Shown here one piece after another: positions 38,471 through 47,767 of a stretch of 64,000 nucleotides of DNA (its first letter is position 1; the number at the start of each line of letters is the position of its first letter). The position numbers were made by a program, and so were the translations under genes. The stretch is from Ignavibacteria bacterium (GTDB lineage Bacteria > Bacteroidota > Ignavibacteria > Kapaibacteriales > UBA2268): contig JAOADV010000013.1 of the NCBI GenBank assembly GCA_026417135.1, positions 1,142 through 65,141 of the forward strand, given 5' to 3'. The notes under the pieces are model-generated. The model was given only the letters and a program-made list of their open reading frames with translations. It was not told the DNA's origin and searched no databases.

Positions 38471-40026
38471 ATGTTGCTAAAATTCTTTCGGTATTAATAA
38501 TTTGCATTTCTTCCTTCGAAATTTTTTCGCAAAAGGTTCGACTTCCCGAAAATATTAATAAACACCAACCAACTATTTTACCAATTATTACCCCCGACAA
38601 CGACTTTTTGTATTTAGATAGAAAGTGGCATCCAGAAAATAGTGGTGGAGTTGAAGATGACGACGAAATTTGGGTTGCTAAACGAATCGATTCTCTTCGT
38701 TGGGATGAACCAAGGCGGCTCGAATCCGATTTAAACATTCCCGAAAGCAATACAATATTGTATATTTTCCCCGATGGCAATTCCGCACTCGTTTACGGAA
38801 ACTATTCTCAAGACGAAAAACCAAGTGAAAGACAAAGCTTGAATAATTTTGTTGTAACGAACTTTGGAATTGTAAGGAAAATAAATGAAAAATGGGACAA
38901 GCCCAATCCAATTAAAATTCGAAATTTTTACACGAAAAGCAAAAATTACTCAGCTACAATTAGTTCAGACAGAAGAATTCTCCTCCTTTCTCTCGAAAGA
39001 GATGATTCTTTCGGCGAGCTGGATATGTACATTTCCTACTTCGACAACTCAACTGGTGTCTATTCCGAACCGAAAAATTTAGGCTCTAAACTCAACACTA
39101 AAGGAATAGAACTTGTTTCGTTTTTAGCTTATGATAATAGGACACTATATTTTGCTAGTAATGGACATCGGGGCAAAGGTGATTTCGACTTATTTATGGT
39201 TCGTGCTAACGACGATAGTCTAAAATCTTGGGGCAATCCTATTCCTTTGGACGAGTTTATCAACTCTGAATTCGACGAAAGCTCAATTTCCTTAAATTTA
39301 TGGGGCGACACTGCCTATTTTACAAGTGGGGACAGCGAAAGTGGGAAAAGTGGAATTTATTTTTGCCGTCTTCCCGAACAATACCAACCTTTACCTTACT
39401 TAATTATTCAAGGAACTATCAAAACAAATATTGGAGAAAATATTTTCTTGTTACAAAAGCCAGTAACTTTCAAAGTCGACAACTTCGACCTCGATTATGT
39501 TTTTTACGATACTATTTATGATGGATTTTATAGAATTGTCATCCCTTATAATACCCAGTATAACTTTTTTGTATCTGCCGAGAAATTAAACGATATTAGT
39601 TTTTCCTCGAGTTCCAAAAAGTTAGACGAAGTCCGAATCCAAAATTACGATATAAAACTATCGCCGATTTTTGGCTTTGTCCCTACTCAACCGCAAAAAA
39701 AACTTCTTACTACAATATATTTCGATACAAATGTCGATACTCTTGGACAATTTGCTAAACAAAGTCTTTATGATTTTAGGCAAATCTTTTCGAATTTAGG
39801 TCCTAAAAAAATACTTATCGTCGGTCACACCGATGAAGTTGGTTCGAAAGAATTTAATATGAACCTTTCGTTGAGAAGGGCTGAAAATACTGCTCTATTT
39901 ATTTCTGAAACATTTCGAATAAGCCGGTCGCAAATCTCATATGAAGGTCGAGGTAAGACTGAACCGATTTCTAAGGATTTGTCGAAAAATCGAAGAGCAG
40001 AGATTTATTTGGTAAACGATGATTAA
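38467..40026 (+). CDS. PD40 beta-propeller plus OmpA C-terminal domain protein (PorE-like)
   Basis: Signal peptide; PD40-type repeats (DNRTLYFASNG..GKG.FDLF); OmpA motifs GHTDEVG...N..LS.RRA and NRRAEI. Confidence 0.88.
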   Translation: MNVAKILSVLIICISSFEIFSQKVRLPENINKHQPTILPIITPDNDFLYLDRKWHPENSGGVEDDDEIWVAKRIDSLRWDEPRRLESDLNIPESNTILYIFPDGNSALVYGNYSQDEKPSERQSLNNFVVTNFGIVRKINEKWDKPNPIKIRNFYTKSKNYSATISSDRRILLLSLERDDSFGELDMYISYFDNSTGVYSEPKNLGSKLNTKGIELVSFLAYDNRTLYFASNGHRGKGDFDLFMVRANDDSLKSWGNPIPLDEFINSEFDESSISLNLWGDTAYFTSGDSESGKSGIYFCRLPEQYQPLPYLIIQGTIKTNIGENIFLLQKPVTFKVDNFDLDYVFYDTIYDGFYRIVIPYNTQYNFFVSAEKLNDISFSSSSKKLDEVRIQNYDIKLSPIFGFVPTQPQKKLLTTIYFDTNVDTLGQFAKQSLYDFRQIFSNLGPKKILIVGHTDEVGSKEFNMNLSLRRAENTALFISETFRISRSQISYEGRGKTEPISKDLSKNRRAEIYLVNDD

Positions 40027-41734
40027 ATTTCTCATTTTATTAGTACCTTTTTGGTTTTTTGGAAATTCTGACCTTTTTGCTTTAAATCCGAAGGACTTTG
40101 CATTAACTCCAAAAATTAGAATTTCGGAATCTGGAAGTAATCTTATTTTGGATATAGAATTTCCAAAATTTGAATTCAAAGGTAGCTACATCGTAAAGCG
40201 AAAAAATTTACTCGAAAAGTTTTGGAGATTTGCGGACACTCTTCCTTCTAATCTCTTAAATTATATTGATACAATTCCAAATGTTAGTTCCAACTTTTAC
40301 GAATATTCCTTTTCCTTCGTTTCCGATACTTTTAAGTCGTTTGCCTATATCGTAGCTGGAAACAAAACCCAACTGGAGAATTTTCGAGGAAACGTATTAA
40401 TTCTTGTCGATGACTCCTTGGCACCAAAACTTTCGGAGGAACTACTGGCCTACAAATCTTCACTTGAAGGGGATTTTTGGTCGGTCGAAATCCGAAGCGT
40501 CCCTCGTTCGAATGAGTTCAACCCACAACTTGTTAACTCAACAAAAAGAGTAGTAAACGCGTTTCGACGTAGATGGGGCAAGAACTTTAAAGCGCTTATC
40601 TTGATTGGTCGGGTGCCAGTTCCTTATACTGGTAATACTACTTTAGACGGGCACCCCGACCACATCGGGGCATTCCCTTCCGATTTATTTTATGTCCTCG
40701 ACGATAGCCTTTGGCAAGACGAAACAGATTACAACGTAGGTGCAATTCGAAAAGAGAATTGGAACGTACCATTCGATGGCAAGTTCGACAATTCGATTTT
40801 ACCATCCGAAATTGGAATTTCAGTCGGAAGAATCGACTTTTTCAATTTGCCAGATTTTCTTGAAAACGAAACCACTTTGTTGAAACGATATCTCGAAAAG
40901 AACATTAATTTTCGTTTTGGGCGAGTGCCAAAATCAAATTCTGGACTAATTGACGATGGGTTCCGTTTGAGTTATCCCGAAGTTTTTTCGGCAAATGCTT
41001 GGATGAATTTTAATGTTTTATGCGACACTGTTATCGAATCTAAATTTTCCAATGTTCTATCGAACGAGTTTTACCGTTTTGCTTATGCTTGCAATGCTGG
41101 TTCTTTCAATTCTATTTGGTCTTCGATAAATTCCGAAGAATGTTCCGAAAAGTCGATAAATACTTCCTTTGCTTTTCTTCTCGGCTCATACCTTTGGGAT
41201 TGGGATAGCGAACGTAACTTACTTCGCTCGCTTTTAGCTTCGGAGCCAAATGTGGTTCTCGTTGCTTGGATAGGAAGACCTTTTTGGCACTTCCACCATT
41301 TTTCAGCGGGAGTACCTTTCGTTCACTCTTTCATTCAAACCGTCAACAACAAGGATTTATATCCTTCCACTGGTTTATATGGTTACAAAGGTGCACACAT
41401 AAGTTTACTTGGCGACCCAACTTTAAGAATAAAATTCCCAGAACCACCATCAAGTTTCAATCATAAGATAGCGGAAGGTGATACTTTAACATTGTCTTGG
41501 CGACCTCCGTCCGACACCACAAATTTACTTGGATACCTCTTAATGTTTCGCAAAGACAAAAAAGATTGGGACTCAATTATTCAGCTTCCTGCTACAGCAA
41601 GCTTTTATGAAATTAAAGGCTTATCCAAAGGTAAATACGAATTCCAGTTAAAAACACTCTTCAAAGAATACTACAAGTATGGATACTACCTTAATCCAAG
41701 CACTGGAATTGTCCAATATATAACAATTGAGTAG
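40019..41734 (+). CDS. Secreted peptidase C25 (gingipain)-like fold protein with FN3-like domains
   Basis: ILIGRVPVPY, PSDLFY, DGKFD, VGRIDF, LLGDPTL; C-terminal LSWRPP...GY (FN3). No clear His/Cys catalytic dyad. Confidence 0.7.
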   Translation: MIKFLILLVPFWFFGNSDLFALNPKDFALTPKIRISESGSNLILDIEFPKFEFKGSYIVKRKNLLEKFWRFADTLPSNLLNYIDTIPNVSSNFYEYSFSFVSDTFKSFAYIVAGNKTQLENFRGNVLILVDDSLAPKLSEELLAYKSSLEGDFWSVEIRSVPRSNEFNPQLVNSTKRVVNAFRRRWGKNFKALILIGRVPVPYTGNTTLDGHPDHIGAFPSDLFYVLDDSLWQDETDYNVGAIRKENWNVPFDGKFDNSILPSEIGISVGRIDFFNLPDFLENETTLLKRYLEKNINFRFGRVPKSNSGLIDDGFRLSYPEVFSANAWMNFNVLCDTVIESKFSNVLSNEFYRFAYACNAGSFNSIWSSINSEECSEKSINTSFAFLLGSYLWDWDSERNLLRSLLASEPNVVLVAWIGRPFWHFHHFSAGVPFVHSFIQTVNNKDLYPSTGLYGYKGAHISLLGDPTLRIKFPEPPSSFNHKIAEGDTLTLSWRPPSDTTNLLGYLLMFRKDKKDWDSIIQLPATASFYEIKGLSKGKYEFQLKTLFKEYYKYGYYLNPSTGIVQYITIE

Positions 41735-41872
41735 CAGAAATAAAGAATTAGTTTGGTTAAAATACAGCAAAAGTAATTACTCATCCATCTTTAACAATAA
41801 AGATAATTTTCGGATATTCGTTTATTTTTTGTAATTTACATTGCATAATTTTATATAATTCAAAATGTTATA

Positions 41873-42670
41873 ATGGAACAAATAAAGACTCTGTCGAGCC
41901 TCGAAGGACGAAAACTTTTGTACAGTATCTACCAAGAGCTTCGTTACGAAAAACAACTTTCGAATATACAGATTTTGATTCTTACTTGGCGAATTTGCAC
42001 AACTGAACGTGAAATTTCCAGATACATTAAGAAAGATGTACAAGTTCTTCACCCTTTAGGTTTTTTTGCTGGGACAGCTTTGTGGATGGAAGAATTTGTC
42101 AATCGTTTTTATTTTTCAACTATCAACTCTTTTGTGTATTTCGGAGCTGCTATATTACTTGTGTTAATTGGAATTCGCCGTTTTTCTTCGATTGTAAGCG
42201 ATACAATTGTCATAGCTGGCGTCGTTTTCGAAGCCCTAATGCTGTTGTTTATGTTTGTCGTGATGTTATTTACTCCAAGCGAAGATGCACTTCCAGTCAA
42301 CAAACAAGAAGAGGACGACTCGGCAAAGGAACTCCTATACGAAATTGGTGAAATTTCGACAGAGTTGGCTTCGGCGGTAACAAAACTCGAAAGCTTAGGC
42401 GATAACATTCGTTTACTCTTAATTCAACAGAACGAGATATTATCCCTTTTGCGTGAATCGAACGAAATGACACGACAAATAATATCTCCAAACCCGAAAC
42501 TACTCGAAACAATGGAACTTACTAACAATTCACTCCAAGAATTTACATCAACAATAGAAACTTTAACTCAAAATTTAAAAAAACTTGAGCAGGAACAAAT
42601 TGAATTAACCGTTCGCCGTGAATTAGAAAACTTCTTCGTAAGTCTTTTGAATAATAAAAATGCAAAATAA
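41873..42670 (+). CDS. Divergent GldL/PorL-like motor subunit with N-terminal extension
   Basis: TM1 VYFGAAILLV and TM2 IAGVVFEALM match the GldL pattern (Y..GAA; G...E with intramembrane Glu), followed by a long coiled-coil tail. Confidence 0.7.
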   Translation: MEQIKTLSSLEGRKLLYSIYQELRYEKQLSNIQILILTWRICTTEREISRYIKKDVQVLHPLGFFAGTALWMEEFVNRFYFSTINSFVYFGAAILLVLIGIRRFSSIVSDTIVIAGVVFEALMLLFMFVVMLFTPSEDALPVNKQEEDDSAKELLYEIGEISTELASAVTKLESLGDNIRLLLIQQNEILSLLRESNEMTRQIISPNPKLLETMELTNNSLQEFTSTIETLTQNLKKLEQEQIELTVRRELENFFVSLLNNKNAK

Positions 42671-44165
42671 GGTAAGAAGAAGAAGAATCGTTGAAATATA
42701 TTTTATCCTTTATCTTGCTGCTTTGATTTTTATTCTACCCGAAAGCAGTTTCGAACCTGCTAAAAATAATGGACAGGAAGTCGTCGGCGACTTTGCAAGT
42801 GGTTTTACATTGATTCCCGAAAAAACTTCATTACTGTGCAAAGTTGCGGTCGAACCAAATGGAAACAAAATTATTTCTTTTCTCGATTCATCCAATGTAA
42901 TTTTCTATACTGGCGATTTCGAAGACATTCAGTTTGAATTTATTGTCGAGGACCAAGCATCGAACCAATCTGTTTCGCTTCGCCCCGATAAAAACTACAA
43001 TCTAAAATACTTCCGGGTTATCGAAGTTCCAGAAAAGCGAGCAGCAATATTCTACTGGCGACCACAAATTTTGGAAAGAATGAGCAACACTTATTTAGTT
43101 CGCGTCGAAGCAACAGCCCGAAGCAAAAAAGCTTTTGGAGAAAAGTTCCCCGAGAAATTTACGTATAAAGCAAGCACACAATTCACTTTGCTTGTCGTTT
43201 TGATGAATGCTGAAACTGGCGAGCAAGTCCTGGCACAAGAGTCGGGCAAACCTTCTATTTTTCCATTCAACTTGCTCGATAAAACCGAAGAAATTCCAAC
43301 AGGATTTAGTGTGGGCAAAGTTTCTATAAGCCCTGCAATTATAAACGTTTCGCAAATTGCATATCAGCAATGGACAAATACAATTCGGGCGACTAATGTA
43401 AATCTATCGTCGGACGCAAAGATAAACTTAAATATCAAGCCTCAACCACCAAATAATGGTGGGACAGCCCAGATAGCAGAAATTTATCCAGATTATTTGC
43501 TTTTGCGCGGTAAGACGCCATCGAATGGTAAACTATTAGTCGAAGTTTCCATTGTAAGGAAATTTGATGGGCAGGAAGCAAAAACATCATTCACTGTTAC
43601 TCCCCAACAAATCGAAAAGCCTATATACGCCGAAAGTATATATCCGGGCCAAAGTGTTACTATCGACCCACGCTTCCCTTTAATTCCGGGAGAATCTAAG
43701 CTTATTCTTAAAGAGGGCGAACGAATACGAGCAAGCAGTTTGGGAGGTGCTCCTTTGACTTTTACGCCCGAACTCGCCGACACTGGAAAACGACTTACAA
43801 TTGAAAGATACATCGATAACAATCTGCTCGGACAAACTTATTTTCTTTACATACAGAATTTCCCTTACCCAGAGATTCTTGATGTTGTACCCTCTGGCAA
43901 TCGCCAAGTCGAATTGGTTACACAAGCCTATGGAATTTTAAATCGGGAAAGAAACGAAGTCGTTGAACTTATTCTCGAAGGCAATGTTTCGAATAAATAT
44001 ATCGATTTGCGTGGCAAATTGCAAGATATTAATGCTTCCCTTCCCTACCGAAAACAATATTTCCAATTGAAACCAAAAGACCCAGCAAAACCATTCGTTT
44101 TTAATGTAGTTGCAATAGACAAGTTTGGGCGGCAGTCGGTTCCCCGAAGAGTAGTAGCCGATTAG
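42660..44165 (+). CDS. Divergent GldM/PorM-like single-TM periplasmic protein
   Basis: N-terminal RRRRIVEIYFILYLAAL (basic stretch, then a Tyr-containing TM helix) and a ~470-aa beta-rich ectodomain; overlaps the stop of the GldL-like gene. Confidence 0.6.
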   Translation: MQNKVRRRRIVEIYFILYLAALIFILPESSFEPAKNNGQEVVGDFASGFTLIPEKTSLLCKVAVEPNGNKIISFLDSSNVIFYTGDFEDIQFEFIVEDQASNQSVSLRPDKNYNLKYFRVIEVPEKRAAIFYWRPQILERMSNTYLVRVEATARSKKAFGEKFPEKFTYKASTQFTLLVVLMNAETGEQVLAQESGKPSIFPFNLLDKTEEIPTGFSVGKVSISPAIINVSQIAYQQWTNTIRATNVNLSSDAKINLNIKPQPPNNGGTAQIAEIYPDYLLLRGKTPSNGKLLVEVSIVRKFDGQEAKTSFTVTPQQIEKPIYAESIYPGQSVTIDPRFPLIPGESKLILKEGERIRASSLGGAPLTFTPELADTGKRLTIERYIDNNLLGQTYFLYIQNFPYPEILDVVPSGNRQVELVTQAYGILNRERNEVVELILEGNVSNKYIDLRGKLQDINASLPYRKQYFQLKPKDPAKPFVFNVVAIDKFGRQSVPRRVVAD

Positions 44166-44184
44166 TAATTTTACCTCGAAAGCC

Positions 44185-45387
44185 TTATTTCTTTTTAATC
44201 AAATTACTATGTTCCAGCAAAATCCTTTGTGCACGATGTCCCCAAGTATGTTTTTCGATTGCCTCTTTGTGAGCATTGCGGCCAATTTTATTTGCCAAGT
44301 CGGGGTCCTTGTATATTTCAAAAATTGCTTCTGCAATGGCTTCAGGATTACGTTCTTCGACAAGTATTGCGTTATATCGGTCGACAAAAATTTCTTTCTG
44401 CTGTCCGACAGCAGTTGCAACAACTGGTTTACCTAAACCCATATACTCGAAATTTTTAAGTGGGCTATTGAAGAATTCAGTGCCATCGTCGTTGTTAATA
44501 CAAGGAGAAACCAATACATCACAAGCACTTAGATATTGAGGAACACTATTATATGGTAAGAAACCAGTTATTATAGTTTGGCTTTCAAGGTTATCGCGCT
44601 TGACAATGTAGTCGAGTTGTGCACGATAATCGCCATCGCCGACGAATAAGAAGACAGCATTGGGAATTCGTTTACGAATAAATTTTAGCGACTCGGCGAA
44701 AAATGTAATGCCATGATAGTACCCGAAAGTACCAGAAAAACCAATAACGAACTTATTTTTTAAATCGAACTCCTCGACAAGTTGCGAAGCATCTATGTTC
44801 GGATTGAAAAGTTCTGGGTCGAAACCGCACGGATTAACAATAATTTTATTGTCTTCGACACCTAATTCCGTAAGCTGCTTTTTCAATTGGTTCGAGAAAG
44901 TAAAGATTCTGTCCGAAGCTATCCATTCGATTTCTTGCGCCCAACGCAAAAGATGAGCGAAATACAGTTTCCCCCAATGCTTTTTCACCCAATAATTTAC
45001 ACCGTCGACTTGCAAGAACAAAGGTATGTTGAATTTTTTTCTAATTATTGCTCCACTAAAATTGAAATCGTGAATTACTTTGTAAATAAAATCGACTTTT
45101 TCCAATTGACGAATTATCCGACTTGTTTCTCTTGTGGATTTTAACTGGTACGGAAAAGAGAACACTTCTGGAAAATTCCGAAAGAATTTATTGAAAGGAA
45201 CAAAAAAATCGATAACACCTTCGGGGAGTTTTGTTTTACCACCGGAAATATGATATATTTTGTTACCTCTTTTGATTAGTTCTTTAATCAAACCTCGTAC
45301 GGTCGCACTTATTCCAGCATCGGCGAAGGCGCCGAAGTAGTCAATTCGCCAAAATATTATTCGAAGTCCGTTGTTTATTTGTTCCAT
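44185..45387 (-). CDS. GT4 family glycosyltransferase
   Basis: GFSGTF..YHG, FLFVGDG, CDVLVSP, FFNSPLKNFEYMGLGKPVVAT. Confidence 0.92.
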   Translation of the reverse strand: MEQINNGLRIIFWRIDYFGAFADAGISATVRGLIKELIKRGNKIYHISGGKTKLPEGVIDFFVPFNKFFRNFPEVFSFPYQLKSTRETSRIIRQLEKVDFIYKVIHDFNFSGAIIRKKFNIPLFLQVDGVNYWVKKHWGKLYFAHLLRWAQEIEWIASDRIFTFSNQLKKQLTELGVEDNKIIVNPCGFDPELFNPNIDASQLVEEFDLKNKFVIGFSGTFGYYHGITFFAESLKFIRKRIPNAVFLFVGDGDYRAQLDYIVKRDNLESQTIITGFLPYNSVPQYLSACDVLVSPCINNDDGTEFFNSPLKNFEYMGLGKPVVATAVGQQKEIFVDRYNAILVEERNPEAIAEAIFEIYKDPDLANKIGRNAHKEAIEKHTWGHRAQRILLEHSNLIKKK

Positions 45388-45604
45388 ACAATTCGAAATA
45401 CACCTTAAAAAGAAATATTATGTCGTATTATTAAATAAAAAAATTTTGAACAATGCCATTAATAATCAATAGATTATCAAAATCCAAAATTAACTATATT
45501 TTTCCTTGTAAATTATTGTCGATAGATGAACACTTTCGTAAATATCGGAAGGTTATTTTAATAAAGAGATAATATTTAATTATTGACTTAAAAGTAGTGG
45601 CAAC

Positions 45605-46525
45605 TTATGTGAATTTAAGTTGCATATCCGATTTGATTTTTGTTTCGAGTTCATAAATTCTTCTTTCGGCCAGCTTGCAATAATCCTCGTTAATTTCGTA
45701 GCCGACAAATTTTCTGTTGGATTTTATCGCAGCAAGTGCAGTTTGTCCACTTCCCATAAACGGGTCGAGAACTACATCTCCTTCGAAGGAATAAAGTTGT
45801 ATTAAACGATAAGGTAGTTCGATAGGGAATGGTGCTGGGTGGCCAACTTTTTTGGCTTGTTCAGCTGAAAATGTCCATAGACTTTTGGTATATTCAAGGA
45901 ACTCTTCTTTGGAAATTGTATTTTTTTTGTTTTTATCGAATCTGCTGTAAGTATCTTTCGAAAAGACTAATATATATTCGTGCATATCGCGGAGAGTTGG
46001 ATTTTTTGCTGAAATCCAACTTCCCCACGCAGTCGAAGGGCTTATGCTTGTCCCTTTATTCCAAATAATTTCTCCACGCATAAGGTAGCCTAACTCTAGC
46101 ATATCTTCAATGATGTAGATATGGAGTGGTAGGTATGGTTTTCTGCCTAAATTTGCAACATTAATGCAAGCACGACCGCCAGGGACTAAGACTCTTTTGA
46201 CTTCATTCCAAACAATTTTTAAAAAGTTTCTATATTCTTCGAGTGTCAAATCATTGTCATATTCTTTCCCAACATTATAAGGTGGCGAAGTAATCATTAA
46301 ATGAACACAACAATCGGGCAATTCAATCATTTTTTCGCTGGATTTGCAAATAATCTTGTTTAGGTATGTTTTTGGTACTTCGTTTTCAAGATATTTAATA
46401 TTTCTGTTTTCTTTGGATAAGCCTTCGTATAATCTACTGTTGTAAAATTGACTTGAATCGTGGTTAATTCTTCCTGGCGAGCCGAAAGAGCTGGTTTTTG
46501 TCCCTTTCCTTTTATTTTCTCTCAT
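45605..46525 (-). CDS. Site-specific DNA methyltransferase, beta class (SPPY, probably N4-cytosine)
   Basis: ITSPPYN (motif IV) before HPAPFP and VLDPFMGSG (motif I). Confidence 0.92.
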   Translation of the reverse strand: MRENKRKGTKTSSFGSPGRINHDSSQFYNSRLYEGLSKENRNIKYLENEVPKTYLNKIICKSSEKMIELPDCCVHLMITSPPYNVGKEYDNDLTLEEYRNFLKIVWNEVKRVLVPGGRACINVANLGRKPYLPLHIYIIEDMLELGYLMRGEIIWNKGTSISPSTAWGSWISAKNPTLRDMHEYILVFSKDTYSRFDKNKKNTISKEEFLEYTKSLWTFSAEQAKKVGHPAPFPIELPYRLIQLYSFEGDVVLDPFMGSGQTALAAIKSNRKFVGYEINEDYCKLAERRIYELETKIKSDMQLKFT

Positions 46526-46905
46526 TTAGTCTTTCCTCCAAAGTTCAACCCATCTCTCGTAGCGGTTAAAGTTAATTTCTTTCCTTTCCCAAAAAATATC
46601 GATAAATGAAGTTTCTTTATCTTCTGCAAGCTTTTGAACTGCCTCTTTCGAAATCTCTACGCCTCTTGGATTTGTTCCTGATTTAGGTAATTTAATATAT
46701 TTTTCTCTTCCAATCTCATTGAAAACTCTTTGTTGAGCTTCAGAAGGGAAGTAATATAATCCCCCCTCTACCTTTCCAATTAATGTGGGCGAGAAGGATG
46801 TCTATTCTTGGGTTATACTTATTGTAAAATTCTTTGGCTTTGGCTACGTCAATTGTCGATATTAGCTTAAAACCGCCTAAATTTGCCCCAGAGATTGTTT
46901 TGATT
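46526..46905 (-). pseudogene. Truncated, frameshifted type II restriction endonuclease, ThaI-family-like
   Basis: IKTISGANLGGFKLISTIDVAKAKEF...DILLAHINWKGR/GGLYYFPSEAQ...YIKLPKSGTNPRGVEISKEA...RYERWVELWRKD*. A +1 shift falls in a G6 tract (46761-46766), the N-terminus is missing, and the stop abuts the MTase ATG. Confidence 0.78.
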
Positions 46906-46958
46906 ATTTGCCTTGGCAAAGCGAAATAATTATATGTATTCAGAAATATATTTCTATC

Positions 46959-47765
46959 TTACTTTTCTGCAATGATTTTATAAAATTCGGGTCTCCTATC
47001 GGTAAAGACGTTGTCGAAGTCGTCGAAACTTTTGTCGCGGGTAGCTGAAGGTGATATAACTGCCGAGATAATCTCTTCGTTGTCGGGCGAAGCAGAAGTT
47101 ATTAATTGCCCGTTGTAATGCCAAATCCCAGATTTTCCATTAAATATTAAAGTTTCGTTGCTGTTGGTTTCTTCGCCAACACGATTTACAACTAATAGGT
47201 ATATTTTGTTTTCGAGCGCACGCGAAGGCATCGAAATAGACCAAACCTTGGTTACTAAATTAGAGGGACATACGATTAAATCGGCACCTTTCAAAGCAAG
47301 AACTCGTGCAGATTCGGGAAATCTCCAATCGTAACAAATCATAGTTCCAAGATTTAAGTCGAATTCTGGATACTTAACCACGAAAAAGCCTGTATTGCCC
47401 GGTTCAAAGACAAATTTCTCTCGATAAAATAAATGGGATTTACGATATACACAAGAAAGTTCAGAATCGGGGAATAATATTGCACAAGAGTTATAAATTT
47501 TCGATTCGAATCGTTCTGGAAAGCCGAACAATATAATCCGATTCATACTGGTTGCTAAGCCTTGAAATTCTCGAACAATTTCGGAATGGAACTCAAAGGA
47601 ATGTGGCAATATTTCGTCGCTGGAAAGGTAAAAATAACCCGATGTTGCAAGCTCTGGAAAAGCAACTAAATCACCATCGACCGACTTAACTTTTTCTTTC
47701 ATATAGTCGAGATTTTCCTCGGTCTTTTTAAACTTAGGATAAAATTGAACACCAACTATTACCAT
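46959..47765 (-). CDS. Carbon-nitrogen hydrolase (nitrilase superfamily)
   Basis: E-K-C triad in FPELATSGY, YRKSHLF, ICYDWRFPE; RALEN. Confidence 0.92.
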   Translation of the reverse strand: MVIVGVQFYPKFKKTEENLDYMKEKVKSVDGDLVAFPELATSGYFYLSSDEILPHSFEFHSEIVREFQGLATSMNRIILFGFPERFESKIYNSCAILFPDSELSCVYRKSHLFYREKFVFEPGNTGFFVVKYPEFDLNLGTMICYDWRFPESARVLALKGADLIVCPSNLVTKVWSISMPSRALENKIYLLVVNRVGEETNSNETLIFNGKSGIWHYNGQLITSASPDNEEIISAVISPSATRDKSFDDFDNVFTDRRPEFYKIIAEK

Positions 47766-47767
47766 AA

